Below are positions 27,095-36,849 of a stretch of 64,000 nt of DNA, piece after piece; position 1 is the stretch's first letter, and every line of letters begins with the position of its first letter. The notes beneath the pieces were generated by a model. The model worked only from the letters and a program-made list of their open reading frames with translations, searched no databases and was not told the DNA's origin. The stretch is taken from IMG/VR virus record IMGVR_UViG_3300032308_002775, positions 1 through 64,000 of that record; one strand, given 5' to 3'. The translations under genes and the position numbers were made by a program. Source of the stretch: a virus.

Positions 27095-28720
27095 ATGGAC
27101 GGCTTTTCTATTCTCGATCCTTTGGCGTGGGACCCGGCGGCTATCAAGCTGCACCCCGCCTACGTCGCTGGCAACACGGCGGCTTGCCTGTCGAAGACCG
27201 GCGCCGCCAACGGCACTAACCACTATCTGGCCGGGCGGCTGTACGTCTCCAAGAGCGGCTGGCTGCTCTTGTCGGTGCCCAACGCCCTGGTGCGCGGCGT
27301 ATTCGACGCCATGACCGCTCCGGGCGCCGAATTACCGCTCGCGGGCGCGCTTAACGTTCCGGACGTTAAACCCGACCTGCTCAACGCCCACATCTCGGTG
27401 ATGACCGCCGAGGAGGTCAGCAAAATCGGCGGCGACAAAATCAACGAGCGAGGGCACAACTTTCACTACGCTTTGGGCCCAGTCAAAGAGATCACGCCCA
27501 AGAACATTGACGGCATCAGCCGCGTCTGGGCGATCCAGGTCGCCAGCCCCGAGCTGGCCGCCCTGCGCAAGAGCTACGGCCTGTCGGCCCTGCCCAACGG
27601 CGACCACCCGTTCCACATCACGGTGGCTGTACGCAGGAAGAACGTCCTGGGCGCCAACGAGGTTGCCAAAGTCGACGGCAGCCGCGGCGAGCTGAAGGCG
27701 GCAGCAGTCTACAACTTTGAAGGCGACGTCCAGGGCGTCAGCCTCCGCAAAACCTTGCACCGGGTGCTCGACGATTTGAATCGCCCCGGCGTGATGTACA
27801 ACAACGCGCGAACCAGTGAGGCCCGCGCGGTGATTCCAGGTTCTAAGATGCAGCGCGAAGAGGTGTTAGATCTGTTGCGTTTCTATCTGTCGACGCGCAG
27901 CGGCCGCAAAGGGCCGCTTCAGGAAGGCGTGGACTACAAGATCACGCCGCTGCCCCAGGAAAAAGAGAAGCTGCGCAAAGTTACCATGCGCCCCGCCGAT
28001 GTGCAGAAGTTCGTCCGCGCGCAAGGTTTCAACCAGCTGGCAGCGGAGAACGAGGACTATCAGAAGCAGTGGCTCGGCGAGCGTTACCGTCTGCAACCTG
28101 ACGCCCGCGGCAATCTTCGCGGCGCCGTGCCTGATCTGGCGCACAAACAGCTCTTTAGCGGCGAGCCGGTTTACAACTATCAGCTGACGCCCGGCTGGAA
28201 CGGCACAAAAGACGCCCAAGAACTGTTGTCCGGCGGCGAGGCGGACCACAAGCCCGATAGCGAGTTTCCCCAGGAGGCCTTGGCAGAAGGCAAGAAGCAT
28301 GAGCGCGAGCACACAGACAATGCAGAAGTCGCCAAAGAAATTGCCAAGGATCACCTGTCCGAAGACCCGGCCTACTACGAAAAAGCCGAAATCCTAGAGA
28401 AGCTGTCAAACAGCGTTTACTTCAACCAGGCGCTGCAGGCGTTTAATCCCGCCGCGATCAACGCGCCGATTGCGTACGATCCCAACAAGCCAGTTTTTGA
28501 GAATCTCAGGAATCAGCTCGGCGAGGCCAAGCGCCGCGGCGACTTCATTCTGCAGACGCAGCGCAACCAACGGGCTTGGCAATCGGCGCTCGACCCGCAG
28601 TACCGTTACCAGCTGGCGATGCAGGCGATCCGCGGCGAGATGCCCCAGCCGAGCGTCACTGACCAGCTCATCGAGATGTACGGCGACCAGGCGCTAGCTC
28701 GTACCGGACTTGGGAGATAA
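27095..28720 (+). CDS. Multidomain protein: 2H phosphoesterase + acylphosphatase-like + EH..D...IAKDHL.E...YY domain
   Basis: HISV and HITV motifs; FEGDVQGVSLR; EREHTDNAEVAKEIAKDHLSEDPAYY. Confidence 0.6.
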   Translation: MDGFSILDPLAWDPAAIKLHPAYVAGNTAACLSKTGAANGTNHYLAGRLYVSKSGWLLLSVPNALVRGVFDAMTAPGAELPLAGALNVPDVKPDLLNAHISVMTAEEVSKIGGDKINERGHNFHYALGPVKEITPKNIDGISRVWAIQVASPELAALRKSYGLSALPNGDHPFHITVAVRRKNVLGANEVAKVDGSRGELKAAAVYNFEGDVQGVSLRKTLHRVLDDLNRPGVMYNNARTSEARAVIPGSKMQREEVLDLLRFYLSTRSGRKGPLQEGVDYKITPLPQEKEKLRKVTMRPADVQKFVRAQGFNQLAAENEDYQKQWLGERYRLQPDARGNLRGAVPDLAHKQLFSGEPVYNYQLTPGWNGTKDAQELLSGGEADHKPDSEFPQEALAEGKKHEREHTDNAEVAKEIAKDHLSEDPAYYEKAEILEKLSNSVYFNQALQAFNPAAINAPIAYDPNKPVFENLRNQLGEAKRRGDFILQTQRNQRAWQSALDPQYRYQLAMQAIRGEMPQPSVTDQLIEMYGDQALARTGLGR

Positions 28721-28722
28721 CT

Positions 28723-28998
28723 ATGCCAATCTTTCCGTGGAAACCCAAGAAGCCCGACAATCCAGAACCGCCGCCGGAACCGGCCCCCGCGCCGGTCAAC
28801 CCGGACGACGTGGCCAATCCGGCCCGCGCTGCCTGGTTAAAAGCCTGGCTGCTCCTGCGGCAGATCGACAAGCAGAAGCTCGGCGCGGCGGTGTTCACCG
28901 TTCCCGTAATGGTGTTCCTGGCCCTGTCGGGCGTGGTACTCTGGGGCTATGTCGCAATTCGCGGCCTGGTTCGCCTGGTAAGGGCCGCCTTCCGATGA
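28723..28998 (+). CDS. Membrane protein
   Basis: Pro-rich N-terminus, C-terminal TM helix; GGGAG upstream. Confidence 0.6.
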   Translation: MPIFPWKPKKPDNPEPPPEPAPAPVNPDDVANPARAAWLKAWLLLRQIDKQKLGAAVFTVPVMVFLALSGVVLWGYVAIRGLVRLVRAAFR

Positions 28999-29107
28999 AG
29001 ATCCGTAAGCGACCCGCCGACCCGATCGCGCGATTCATCTACACCATGATCGCCCTGGCTGCGCTTCTCGCAGGGGGCTTAGTGGTATTTATCCGACAGT
29101 AACAGCG

Positions 29108-30112
29108 ATGACGACAGCCAAAGATATCTTTGAGTGGCAGCGGGTTCCCGAGCGGGTGGCAGCATTGCTTCCCGAGGCGGCGAAGATCCGCGTAGCCCAC
29201 GAGAAGGCCGCTCTGGCGTCGCACATCTTGCCGCTTGCCGTGGCGACGTGGATGCCCGAGGCAAACGTCGTCACTCTTTGGTCGCACAAGCCGCTCGCCG
29301 AGAAACAGGCCGCCGCGTATCGCGAGCACCTGGGCGATTACGGCTGCACGCGCCGCATTCTGACTGCAGAGTTGCCCGCTGATGAGATTCTTATCAAGTG
29401 TGGCAGCGCAGTTTTAATTCCGGGCCTTGATAAGGTCTGGCAGTACGGTAACAAGGCTTTGGGCGGACCTACGCCCCTGTCCAACGGCATCGTCTCGGCG
29501 TTGCTGTTGGGCGGCCTGGGTTACGGTGGCGGCGCCCTGGCCGAGAACCTGTTTCCTGAGCGATACCTCGAGCGCGGGAAACTGCGCCGGTCGCTCGGAA
29601 CCGTGGGCGCGCTTTCCGGCCTGGGCCTGGGCGCCATGAACGCCTACGCCAACAGTCGTGCGATGAACACCGGCTTTCTCAAAGGCCTGGTCACCGACAA
29701 TCGCGCGATTCCGCCCTATCTGGAAGAGAAGAAGTCGTATTACACGCCCGCCGGGCCGGGCTTTTACTACCAGGGAATCAACGTTCCCCAGTTCAACCAG
29801 GCGGCCTGGAACGACGTCAACAAAGGGTTCTACAACCCCATGGGGATGCACAGCCCGCCGCAGTTCGCCGCCGTGACCACTGGCATGATGAGCGGAATCA
29901 GCGCGGGAATGAACTCGCCGATCATCCGCCCCTCCGACGTGGTCAAGGGCTTCGTCTCGGCGGGCGTGGGGCTGGCGACGGCCAATATTGCCGGGAAAAC
30001 CTTGGCCGCCCTGGCCGGGTTAACCCCCGAGGCCCAAAACAAACTGCAGGATATGGGACTTTGGGCCGGAATGATGCACGCGGTAGTTCCTCCCCTTTTT
30101 GGGCGGCGCTAG
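29108..30112 (+). CDS. Glycine-zipper-containing putative virion protein
   Basis: LLLGGLGYGGG and GALSGLGLG segments. Confidence 0.6.
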   Translation: MTTAKDIFEWQRVPERVAALLPEAAKIRVAHEKAALASHILPLAVATWMPEANVVTLWSHKPLAEKQAAAYREHLGDYGCTRRILTAELPADEILIKCGSAVLIPGLDKVWQYGNKALGGPTPLSNGIVSALLLGGLGYGGGALAENLFPERYLERGKLRRSLGTVGALSGLGLGAMNAYANSRAMNTGFLKGLVTDNRAIPPYLEEKKSYYTPAGPGFYYQGINVPQFNQAAWNDVNKGFYNPMGMHSPPQFAAVTTGMMSGISAGMNSPIIRPSDVVKGFVSAGVGLATANIAGKTLAALAGLTPEAQNKLQDMGLWAGMMHAVVPPLFGRR

Positions 30113-30178
30113 GAGTTGCGCAAAGTGGCCTGTCTTGGCAGAATAGCCGCGCCTTGTAGCAAAAGGAGAAAAACCGCT

Positions 30179-30547
30179 ATGGCGACTAAGAAGCCGATTT
30201 CGACGATTCGTGCTGAGTTGCGTGAGCTGGGAGAAGCCGCTGATGAAGTGGCGCCGTCCGGCTCGAATGATTGGTTCACCCCCGAGTTTTGGACGATGGT
30301 CGTTTCGGCCATCACCAACCTAGTCGCGGTGGGCGTGGTGCTGGGTTGGATCAGCGGCAGCGACGCCGAGACGATCAACAAGAGCCTTGCGGCGCTGCTC
30401 GGCGCTGCGCAGGTGATCATCGTCAACGCGGCGATCGTCTGGAAGTACATCTCGGCCCGCGTGGCCGTGAAGGAAGCCATGATCGACGCCCGGTACCGTT
30501 ACATGGAAGCCATTGCTGTCGAGCGCATTCGCGCCGAGAAGGAATGA
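30179..30547 (+). CDS. Holin-like two-TM protein
   Basis: WFTPEFW followed by two hydrophobic helices; AAGGAG RBS. Confidence 0.55.
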   Translation: MATKKPISTIRAELRELGEAADEVAPSGSNDWFTPEFWTMVVSAITNLVAVGVVLGWISGSDAETINKSLAALLGAAQVIIVNAAIVWKYISARVAVKEAMIDARYRYMEAIAVERIRAEKE

Positions 30548-30548
30548 C

Positions 30549-30962
30549 ATGACTCCCGATGATCTCCAGGAGCGGATCGAGAACTCCCCGGCACTGAAGA
30601 AGCTGCGCAACCGACTTCAGGATGAAATCGCGTTTCGCTCTCCGCAGGGCTACGAGTTCAGTCCGCTCCTGGTGATCTCGGTCATCTCGATCATCGTCCA
30701 GATCGTGATCCACTGCCGTGAGAAGCGCACCGCCAGCGACGTGCGCCTCGACATGCGCGACCTGCGAAACCTGGGTCCCATTCAGACTGTGCGGCTGCAG
30801 CGCAAGTTGAACCGGCTGTGGCAAGACCATTGCCCGCCTGACTTGTTACAATCAGAGAATCCACTGCTGGAGGCTGTTTACGACCTCAGCGACAGCGCCG
30901 ACGACGAGGCGCTCGACGAGTTGCTGTGGCTGGGAGACAGGTATAAGCCGCCCGGCGAATAA
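30549..30962 (+). CDS. Single-TM hypothetical protein
   Basis: PLLVISVISIIVQIVIHC. Confidence 0.65.
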   Translation: MTPDDLQERIENSPALKKLRNRLQDEIAFRSPQGYEFSPLLVISVISIIVQIVIHCREKRTASDVRLDMRDLRNLGPIQTVRLQRKLNRLWQDHCPPDLLQSENPLLEAVYDLSDSADDEALDELLWLGDRYKPPGE

Positions 30963-30991
30963 CCGTATTTCTCGCAGGGACGCGACTTATC

Positions 30992-31801
30992 ATGGCAAGG
31001 ACGCCATCAAATCACGTTCTGCCGACCGGAGAAATCCTGCGCAAGCTTTTTGCGTTCGGATACTTTGGCTCAAAGACCTGGGCCAAGGTTCGGCAGATCA
31101 AAGGCGCAGAGCTGACGCGCGCCATCCGCGAGTACCAGCGTTTTCACGGCCTGGATCCGGATGGCCGCGTCGACGAAACCACGGCGCACGTACTTGAACG
31201 GCGCCGCTGCGGGCTGCCCGACTTCAACTTTTCGGCGGGCGACACGGAGTGCAAGTGGCCGCACAAGGCGATCACCTACCACCCCAAGCTTGTGCTGCCA
31301 GGCATCAACGCCGAGCAGGCCAAGCAGGCGTTCGACATCGCTTTCAGTCAGTGGGCTCGTGTTTGCAACATTGAGCCGGAGTACGTGGAGGATCCGAAAA
31401 AAGCCAACATCCTGGCGCGTTCGGGCAAGGGCAAGAAGAGCGGCCTGGACGCCCGCGGCGGAACACTGGCCTGGAGTGAGCTGCCCTGCGGCGTTCACGA
31501 GAACATCCAGCTCGACCAGATGTACGACGAGGCGGAGGCCTGGAGCTTTAACATGGCCGTCGCCGTGATGTGCCACGAGCTGGGGCACGCCCTGGGCCTG
31601 CCCCACCTGGCCAACGGCAACCTGATGGCGCCCTACTACGACCCGAACGTCACCGAGCCCCAGGAAGGCGACATCCGTGAGATCCAGGACCTGTACGGCA
31701 AGCGCAAGGTGCCGTACTCCAAGCTCAAGGACGCGTCGATCGAGCTGGGCGGCACGATCATCATCAACGGCAAGCCTTACGTCCTCGTCCCAAAAACTTG
31801 A
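30992..31801 (+). CDS. Matrixin (M10A) metalloprotease with PG-binding-like prodomain
   Basis: AIREYQRFHGL..DG, cysteine switch RCGLPD, HELGHALGLPH, Met-turn LMAPYY. Confidence 0.9.
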   Translation: MARTPSNHVLPTGEILRKLFAFGYFGSKTWAKVRQIKGAELTRAIREYQRFHGLDPDGRVDETTAHVLERRRCGLPDFNFSAGDTECKWPHKAITYHPKLVLPGINAEQAKQAFDIAFSQWARVCNIEPEYVEDPKKANILARSGKGKKSGLDARGGTLAWSELPCGVHENIQLDQMYDEAEAWSFNMAVAVMCHELGHALGLPHLANGNLMAPYYDPNVTEPQEGDIREIQDLYGKRKVPYSKLKDASIELGGTIIINGKPYVLVPKT

Positions 31802-31850
31802 GTTCTGCTAGACTCTGTCAGGTTATGCCAGTTTTGCGCACGGAGGTACC

Positions 31851-32156
31851 ATGACCACGTTTCAGCTCCTCGCCCTGCTTCTGTTTGCCGGTGTGGTCCT
31901 CGCGGCCTACGGCAAAGATATCTATGGCTGGGTCAAGGCCCGCCTGCCCAAGCTTCCCGAGCCGGTGGTAAACCCCGCCGCGCCGGTCACGCCAGGCGCC
32001 CCGGACGTCCCCACGGGCGACCTGCTCGTTGACGACCTGCTCGACGTCGCTGCGATGCGCGACCGCTTCGAGGCCGAGGGTTGCGCCGAGGGTGTCGAGG
32101 CCTGTTCGCTCCTGCTCAAGATCCTGATCGACCACAAGCATCCGCACGCGGGGTGA
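31851..32156 (+). CDS. Membrane-anchored hypothetical protein
   Basis: N-terminal TM, Pro-rich linker; GGAGG. Confidence 0.7.
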   Translation: MTTFQLLALLLFAGVVLAAYGKDIYGWVKARLPKLPEPVVNPAAPVTPGAPDVPTGDLLVDDLLDVAAMRDRFEAEGCAEGVEACSLLLKILIDHKHPHAG

Positions 32157-32161
32157 ATATC

Positions 32162-32665
32162 ATGAAGAAGCTCATTTGGCCTGCCGGGATCCTGCTCGCC
32201 GTTGCCATGCTGTTTCCCAACGGCATCTCTATCAAGCTGCCCAGCGGCCCCGTGACGCCCGTGGCGCCGGTGAACCCGGTCACGCCCGTGGTGCCGGAGC
32301 CGGTGGTCAAGGACGCCAAGACCGCGGAGCTGCTCGCCAGCGCGTCGCCCGCGGACAAGGGGCGCATCCGAGGCATTTACTCGGCCATGGCGACGGTCTT
32401 GCAGCGCGACAGCAAGACGGGGCTCATCAAGACGACGGAGCAGGCGGCGCTGTGGCAGGCGAACACGCTCAAGGCCGCCGTGGACGACTCGATGCGGGGC
32501 AAGTACCCCGGACTCGACGTCGCCATCGAGGCGGTCTTTGACAAGAAGATGCGCGAGCTGGATCCCGAAGGAAAGCGCGACCCCAAGGACGTGCAGTCGG
32601 TCGACGACGCGGTGCGCGCCAAGTTGATCGAGGCCTGTACGCTGATCGCGGATTCGGCCCGTTAA
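32162..32665 (+). CDS. Exported/membrane-anchored hypothetical protein
   Basis: Signal-like N-terminus, PVTPV repeats. Confidence 0.7.
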   Translation: MKKLIWPAGILLAVAMLFPNGISIKLPSGPVTPVAPVNPVTPVVPEPVVKDAKTAELLASASPADKGRIRGIYSAMATVLQRDSKTGLIKTTEQAALWQANTLKAAVDDSMRGKYPGLDVAIEAVFDKKMRELDPEGKRDPKDVQSVDDAVRAKLIEACTLIADSAR

Positions 32666-32674
32666 GGGGCCCCG

Positions 32675-33169
32675 ATGAACACAGCGTTTGTCACCATACT
32701 TGTTGTTTACGCGTTGGCGTTAATCATCGCGTGGTGGTTAACAGACGTTAAAACTGTTCCAACGCCGGTAGAGTTGAAAACCAGTCAAATCGGGAGAGAT
32801 GTTATGGCAGATGTGCTTGTGTACAAGGTTTCCGTCGGCCCGGTGGTCGACAAGGACGTGGTGGAGCGCCAGCTGGTCGTCGCCGTGAATGGCGTCGGCT
32901 CGCCGGACGAATTCGTGGTCTTCTCGGCTGATTCCACGGATCTCGGTGAAATCCGGGCGAAGCAGAACGACAAGGTCCTTCTCACGCTCGTCGACGTCGA
33001 CGACGCGGGCAACCGCTCGGAGCCCGCGGTGCTTGAGTTCGTGGCCAGCGACACGCTGCCCCCGGCGCAGCCCGGCGCGTTCGGTGTGACGCTCGTGGCC
33101 GAGGAGGAAGAGGTTGAGGTCGAGGAGGACGAGGGCGAAGAACCTGAGACTCCGTCGGACAACGCCTGA
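32675..33169 (+). CDS. Hypothetical beta-rich protein with acidic tail (alternative start 32804)
   Basis: VDDAGNRSEP Ig/FN3-like motif. Confidence 0.6.
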   Translation: MNTAFVTILVVYALALIIAWWLTDVKTVPTPVELKTSQIGRDVMADVLVYKVSVGPVVDKDVVERQLVVAVNGVGSPDEFVVFSADSTDLGEIRAKQNDKVLLTLVDVDDAGNRSEPAVLEFVASDTLPPAQPGAFGVTLVAEEEEVEVEEDEGEEPETPSDNA

Positions 33170-33190
33170 ACGAAGTAACCGGAGGTTGCC

Positions 33191-34216
33191 ATGGACGGCG
33201 AAGTTTTCTTTGAATCGGTTTTCGACGTACAGAAGGCCTACGAAGAGGGTTTCGTCGGCGCGATGTGCGACCCTGAGCATACGGACATGCTCAAGGCCGC
33301 CATTGCGGAGGCAGGCGGCCTTCCTGAAGGCGCGATGGCCTGCGCGGCCTACGGTCTTCAGGAAACCGGCAAGGGAAAGCTCAGCGCCCCGTTCCTGGAC
33401 GTTCTGTCGCTCTACCCGGACTGCCTCCCGGGTGGCGCCCAGGGACGCGGCGACTGCGTTTCGTGGTCGACCCGCAACGCCGGGCTGGTCACGATGTGCA
33501 CCGACATTACCAGCGGACTGGCCGACGAGGAGACTGGTAACGTCGAAGGCGCGCCGGAGATCTCCGACAAGGCCCGACTGAACGGCGTGCTCAGCACCGA
33601 GGCGATTTACAACTGGCGCCGTCATGGCGGGGACGGCTGGTTCTGCTCGGACGCCGCTCGGGTCGTCATGAAGGAATCGGGTCTCTGGATTCGCAGGGCG
33701 TATCCCGAGATTAACGTCGACTTCGAAACGTACTCTTCGCGCAACGCCGGGCTTTACGGTTCGCGCACGCCGCCGGAGTCCTGGCTCAAGATCGGTCAGC
33801 AGCACCTGATCCGCTCGACCACGGTGCTCGAGAGTTACGAAGAGGTTCGCGACATGCTCGCGAACGGTTACGGAATTAGCTCCTGCGGCGGCGAGTCGTT
33901 CTCGTCGGAGCGTGACGCAAATGGCGTGTCGCGACGCACGGCAAAGGGCTGGGCGCACGCGATGGCCTACATTGCGGTTGATGAGCGCCCCGAGATTATC
34001 GAGGTTTACAAAGAGCCCCTGATTTGCGTCCAAAACAGTTGGGGAAATTGGAATGACGGAAGTCGCAAGATCATGGATACGAACCTCCTGATCCCCATCG
34101 GCGCCTTCTGGGCGCGCTGGAGCGACCTGAAGAACCGCGACGCGATCGCCTTCTCGAGCTTTAACGGCTGGAAGCGCAAACCGCTGCGCAACTGGGGCGC
34201 GCTGGGCAACATTTAA
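33191..34216 (+). CDS. Papain-like (C1) cysteine protease
   Basis: QGRGDCVSW, WAHAM, QNSWG. Confidence 0.85.
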   Translation: MDGEVFFESVFDVQKAYEEGFVGAMCDPEHTDMLKAAIAEAGGLPEGAMACAAYGLQETGKGKLSAPFLDVLSLYPDCLPGGAQGRGDCVSWSTRNAGLVTMCTDITSGLADEETGNVEGAPEISDKARLNGVLSTEAIYNWRRHGGDGWFCSDAARVVMKESGLWIRRAYPEINVDFETYSSRNAGLYGSRTPPESWLKIGQQHLIRSTTVLESYEEVRDMLANGYGISSCGGESFSSERDANGVSRRTAKGWAHAMAYIAVDERPEIIEVYKEPLICVQNSWGNWNDGSRKIMDTNLLIPIGAFWARWSDLKNRDAIAFSSFNGWKRKPLRNWGALGNI

Positions 34217-34239
34217 CTCCTCGCACGGGAGACGGTAAC

Positions 34240-34740
34240 ATGATCGAGTGGCTTTACATCATGCTGTTCGCGCCGGTGGTGTCCTATGCCGACCCCGCAC
34301 CAACCCCCGACTATATCGGCATGGTCGCTGCAGAGGCTGCTTATGCTGCTCTGCTTCCTGCGGCGCCCCAGCCCGACAAGCCCGAACCGCAGCCCATTGA
34401 TCCGAATTGTCCGACCTGCAAAGGCACCGGCCGAGTCCGCTCCGGCGACGGCCACGAGTGGACGAAGTGCCCGACCTGTCAGCCGCTAGCGGCGCCTGCC
34501 GCGCTGCCCCGCGCGAAGTCGACGTTGCCGCCGGGCCCGTTTGCTAAGCCGCAACAAACGTCGGTTGTTCCGCCTGCGCCAGCGCCTAAGACTGCTGCAG
34601 CCGCGCCAGTTATTGTGCCGCACGCGCCTTGCGCGACTGGAGCCTGTCCCGTAGAAAAAGCGGCGCCTGCGGCGCCGCTCATGGGAGTTCCGTTCGTCAC
34701 GGCGCCAGTGCCGTCTAGGCGCGTCTTTCGGAGAAGGTAA
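34240..34740 (+). CDS. Exported Pro-rich protein with DnaJ-like Zn finger
   Basis: CPTCKGTG...GDG...CPTC. Confidence 0.65.
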   Translation: MIEWLYIMLFAPVVSYADPAPTPDYIGMVAAEAAYAALLPAAPQPDKPEPQPIDPNCPTCKGTGRVRSGDGHEWTKCPTCQPLAAPAALPRAKSTLPPGPFAKPQQTSVVPPAPAPKTAAAAPVIVPHAPCATGACPVEKAAPAAPLMGVPFVTAPVPSRRVFRRR

Positions 34741-34743
34741 GTA

Positions 34744-35235
34744 ATGCCTGTCGAGAACACAGTCGGTAAGTGCTACTCCTGGCGCGACCTGAAGTTTTAC
34801 GCCAAAAACGGCTTTATCTGCCTTCACGACGAGGAAGACGGCTCGTTCATCGTCCTCACCCGCAAGGAGTTTCTCCAGCGCGCCCAGGCGCTCTCGGACG
34901 AAACCAAGCGGCTTCGCGAGCAAGCCGTAAAAAACCCTGGAAAGGCCTGGATCCTGGCCGATCGTTTGGAGTTACAGCAGGCAATTGAGAACATGGTGGA
35001 GTGTTGCAAGGATGCGAAGGAGCAGGGCGACCGGAACGATCCGGAGGTCGCCGCCTGGTTTTCGCGTCACCGGCCGCACAAGCGAGGTCGGGTGTCGATG
35101 GCAACCGCGGCGAATTTCACCACGGCGCTGCCGGGCGCTTTGCCGCTGGGCAAAGACACCGGAAAGTACGTCACACCAGACTTCTCGGCCGGGCAGACCA
35201 ACCCCAAGAAACTGATCTTGCCAGGAGATTTCTGA
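34744..35235 (+). CDS. Hypothetical protein
   Basis: Tightly packed ORF in the operon. Confidence 0.7.
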   Translation: MPVENTVGKCYSWRDLKFYAKNGFICLHDEEDGSFIVLTRKEFLQRAQALSDETKRLREQAVKNPGKAWILADRLELQQAIENMVECCKDAKEQGDRNDPEVAAWFSRHRPHKRGRVSMATAANFTTALPGALPLGKDTGKYVTPDFSAGQTNPKKLILPGDF

Positions 35236-35567
35236 TGTCCGACGAAAACAAGGACGCGTTCAAACTCGGCTTTTTGACCCGTTGCGCCGAAGAGGGCCTG
35301 ACGGGCGAAAAGCTCGCCTCGCGGCTCGACCTGGCTGAAAAAGCCGCTGAGGGCAAACTTACGGGCGCACTGACTGCGCTGTACGGCGTGCCGATCGGCC
35401 TTGGACTTCTTGGCGGCGGCGCGCTCGGTTACGGCACGGCCAAGCTGATGGAGCCGAAACTCTCCGATGACGAAATCAAGGCGCAGGAACTCGCCCACAC
35501 CTATCGCGTGATGGGCGATCGGTTAAAGGCGCGTCGACGGATGAAGCAATATCGCCCCGGCATGTGA
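35235..35567 (+). CDS. Small glycine-zipper protein (putative virion)
   Basis: AFKLGF...EKAA...GLGLLGGGALGYG; TGATG-coupled start. Confidence 0.65.
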   Translation: MSDENKDAFKLGFLTRCAEEGLTGEKLASRLDLAEKAAEGKLTGALTALYGVPIGLGLLGGGALGYGTAKLMEPKLSDDEIKAQELAHTYRVMGDRLKARRRMKQYRPGM

Positions 35568-35577
35568 GGATTGTTGC

Positions 35578-35928
35578 GTGAGCATGCGCAAGTATCACGG
35601 CGAAATGGCTGGGCCGCAGCACGGAGATTCCGTGCTTAACTGGCCGGGCACGATGGACGGCTTTCCGGTGCTTGGGCCGCGCGGCCAGGTCAACGATCTC
35701 AAGAAAGAAGAGCTCGACAACCTCGATCTCCGATTCGACTTCAAATCGCGGATGTTTGAGCTGTGGGAGCCGGATCAGAAGGCCGATTTTGACGACGTAA
35801 ATGATAAGATAGTGAACGGTTGGTACCGGCTCGTGAAACGGTCCGACAACTGGGACGACGAGAAAAAACACTTTCGCGTGTGGATGGAATGGTTCCAGGT
35901 TTACGGAATGATTCCACCGAGGCAGTAA
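35578..35928 (+). CDS. Hypothetical protein
   Basis: ORF in the operon. Confidence 0.7.
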   Translation: MSMRKYHGEMAGPQHGDSVLNWPGTMDGFPVLGPRGQVNDLKKEELDNLDLRFDFKSRMFELWEPDQKADFDDVNDKIVNGWYRLVKRSDNWDDEKKHFRVWMEWFQVYGMIPPRQ

Positions 35929-35931
35929 ACC

Positions 35932-36849
35932 ATGGCAGAAACCAAACAAAGCGCTTCGAACTGGACCAGCTATTTTCTCGGCGAGTCCACCAGCCCGGCC
36001 ACGCAGATGTTTAACAAGGCGCGGGAGGCTGTAACCGCTGCGGATACAGCCAAGTGGAATCAGCAGCACGGCCAGACCCTGCTCAACACGATGGCGCTCA
36101 CGGGCGGCGTCGGCATGGGCGGCCTGGCGCTCTACCACCTGCTCCGCGGCCTGAAGCCGACCGGCAAGAAGGAGCGGAAGTACCAAAACATTGCCGCGGG
36201 TTCGCCGGTCATGGCCAAGTCGCCGCTTGAGGCGCCGCAGGAGAAGGCGGCTGTTCTCGACCAAATCGTCAGCGGTGTCGGATCCGTGCCGGGCGCGATT
36301 GTTGACTCTTTCCCCAGGCTGTTCAAGTCGCTGGGTGAAGCTGGCGCCGCGCCCAAAGATCCCAACATGCTGCGCGGTGCGGTCGCCACGACGCTCGGCA
36401 CCGGCCTGGGCCTGGGCGCCCTGTACGGCGGCGGCAAGCTGATCAACTCGATCATGGCAAAGAAGCAGAAGGACGACGCGACCGACGAAGTCGAAGAGGC
36501 CCGCGCCCGGTATCACGCCATTCTCGCGGGCAAGGAAGCCGCCGCGCTCGACAAGCTGTATGCCCGTTATCAGGAAAAGCGCGCCGAGGGCTGGCTGGAC
36601 GGTTTGTTGGAAATTGGCACGGATTCGGCGCCCCGCGTGGCTTTGACGTCCATGCTGCTGGCCGGACTCGGCGCGGGCGGCATTGGCGCGAAGTACATGT
36701 ACGACCAGACGGCAGCGAAGACCCGCGGCGAAAACCTGGCCAAGGCCCAGGCATCGCGCGCGCGCATGAAGGGCCTGCCGACGATGTGGGTTGACCCGGA
36801 AGAACTTGTGAAGGTTAAGCAGCTGGCAGAACAAAGCAGCGATGAGTGA
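35932..36849 (+). CDS. Glycine-zipper protein (putative virion/ejection protein)
   Basis: Three Gly-rich hydrophobic segments separated by EKAA/KEAA/EKRA. Confidence 0.65.
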   Translation: MAETKQSASNWTSYFLGESTSPATQMFNKAREAVTAADTAKWNQQHGQTLLNTMALTGGVGMGGLALYHLLRGLKPTGKKERKYQNIAAGSPVMAKSPLEAPQEKAAVLDQIVSGVGSVPGAIVDSFPRLFKSLGEAGAAPKDPNMLRGAVATTLGTGLGLGALYGGGKLINSIMAKKQKDDATDEVEEARARYHAILAGKEAAALDKLYARYQEKRAEGWLDGLLEIGTDSAPRVALTSMLLAGLGAGGIGAKYMYDQTAAKTRGENLAKAQASRARMKGLPTMWVDPEELVKVKQLAEQSSDE

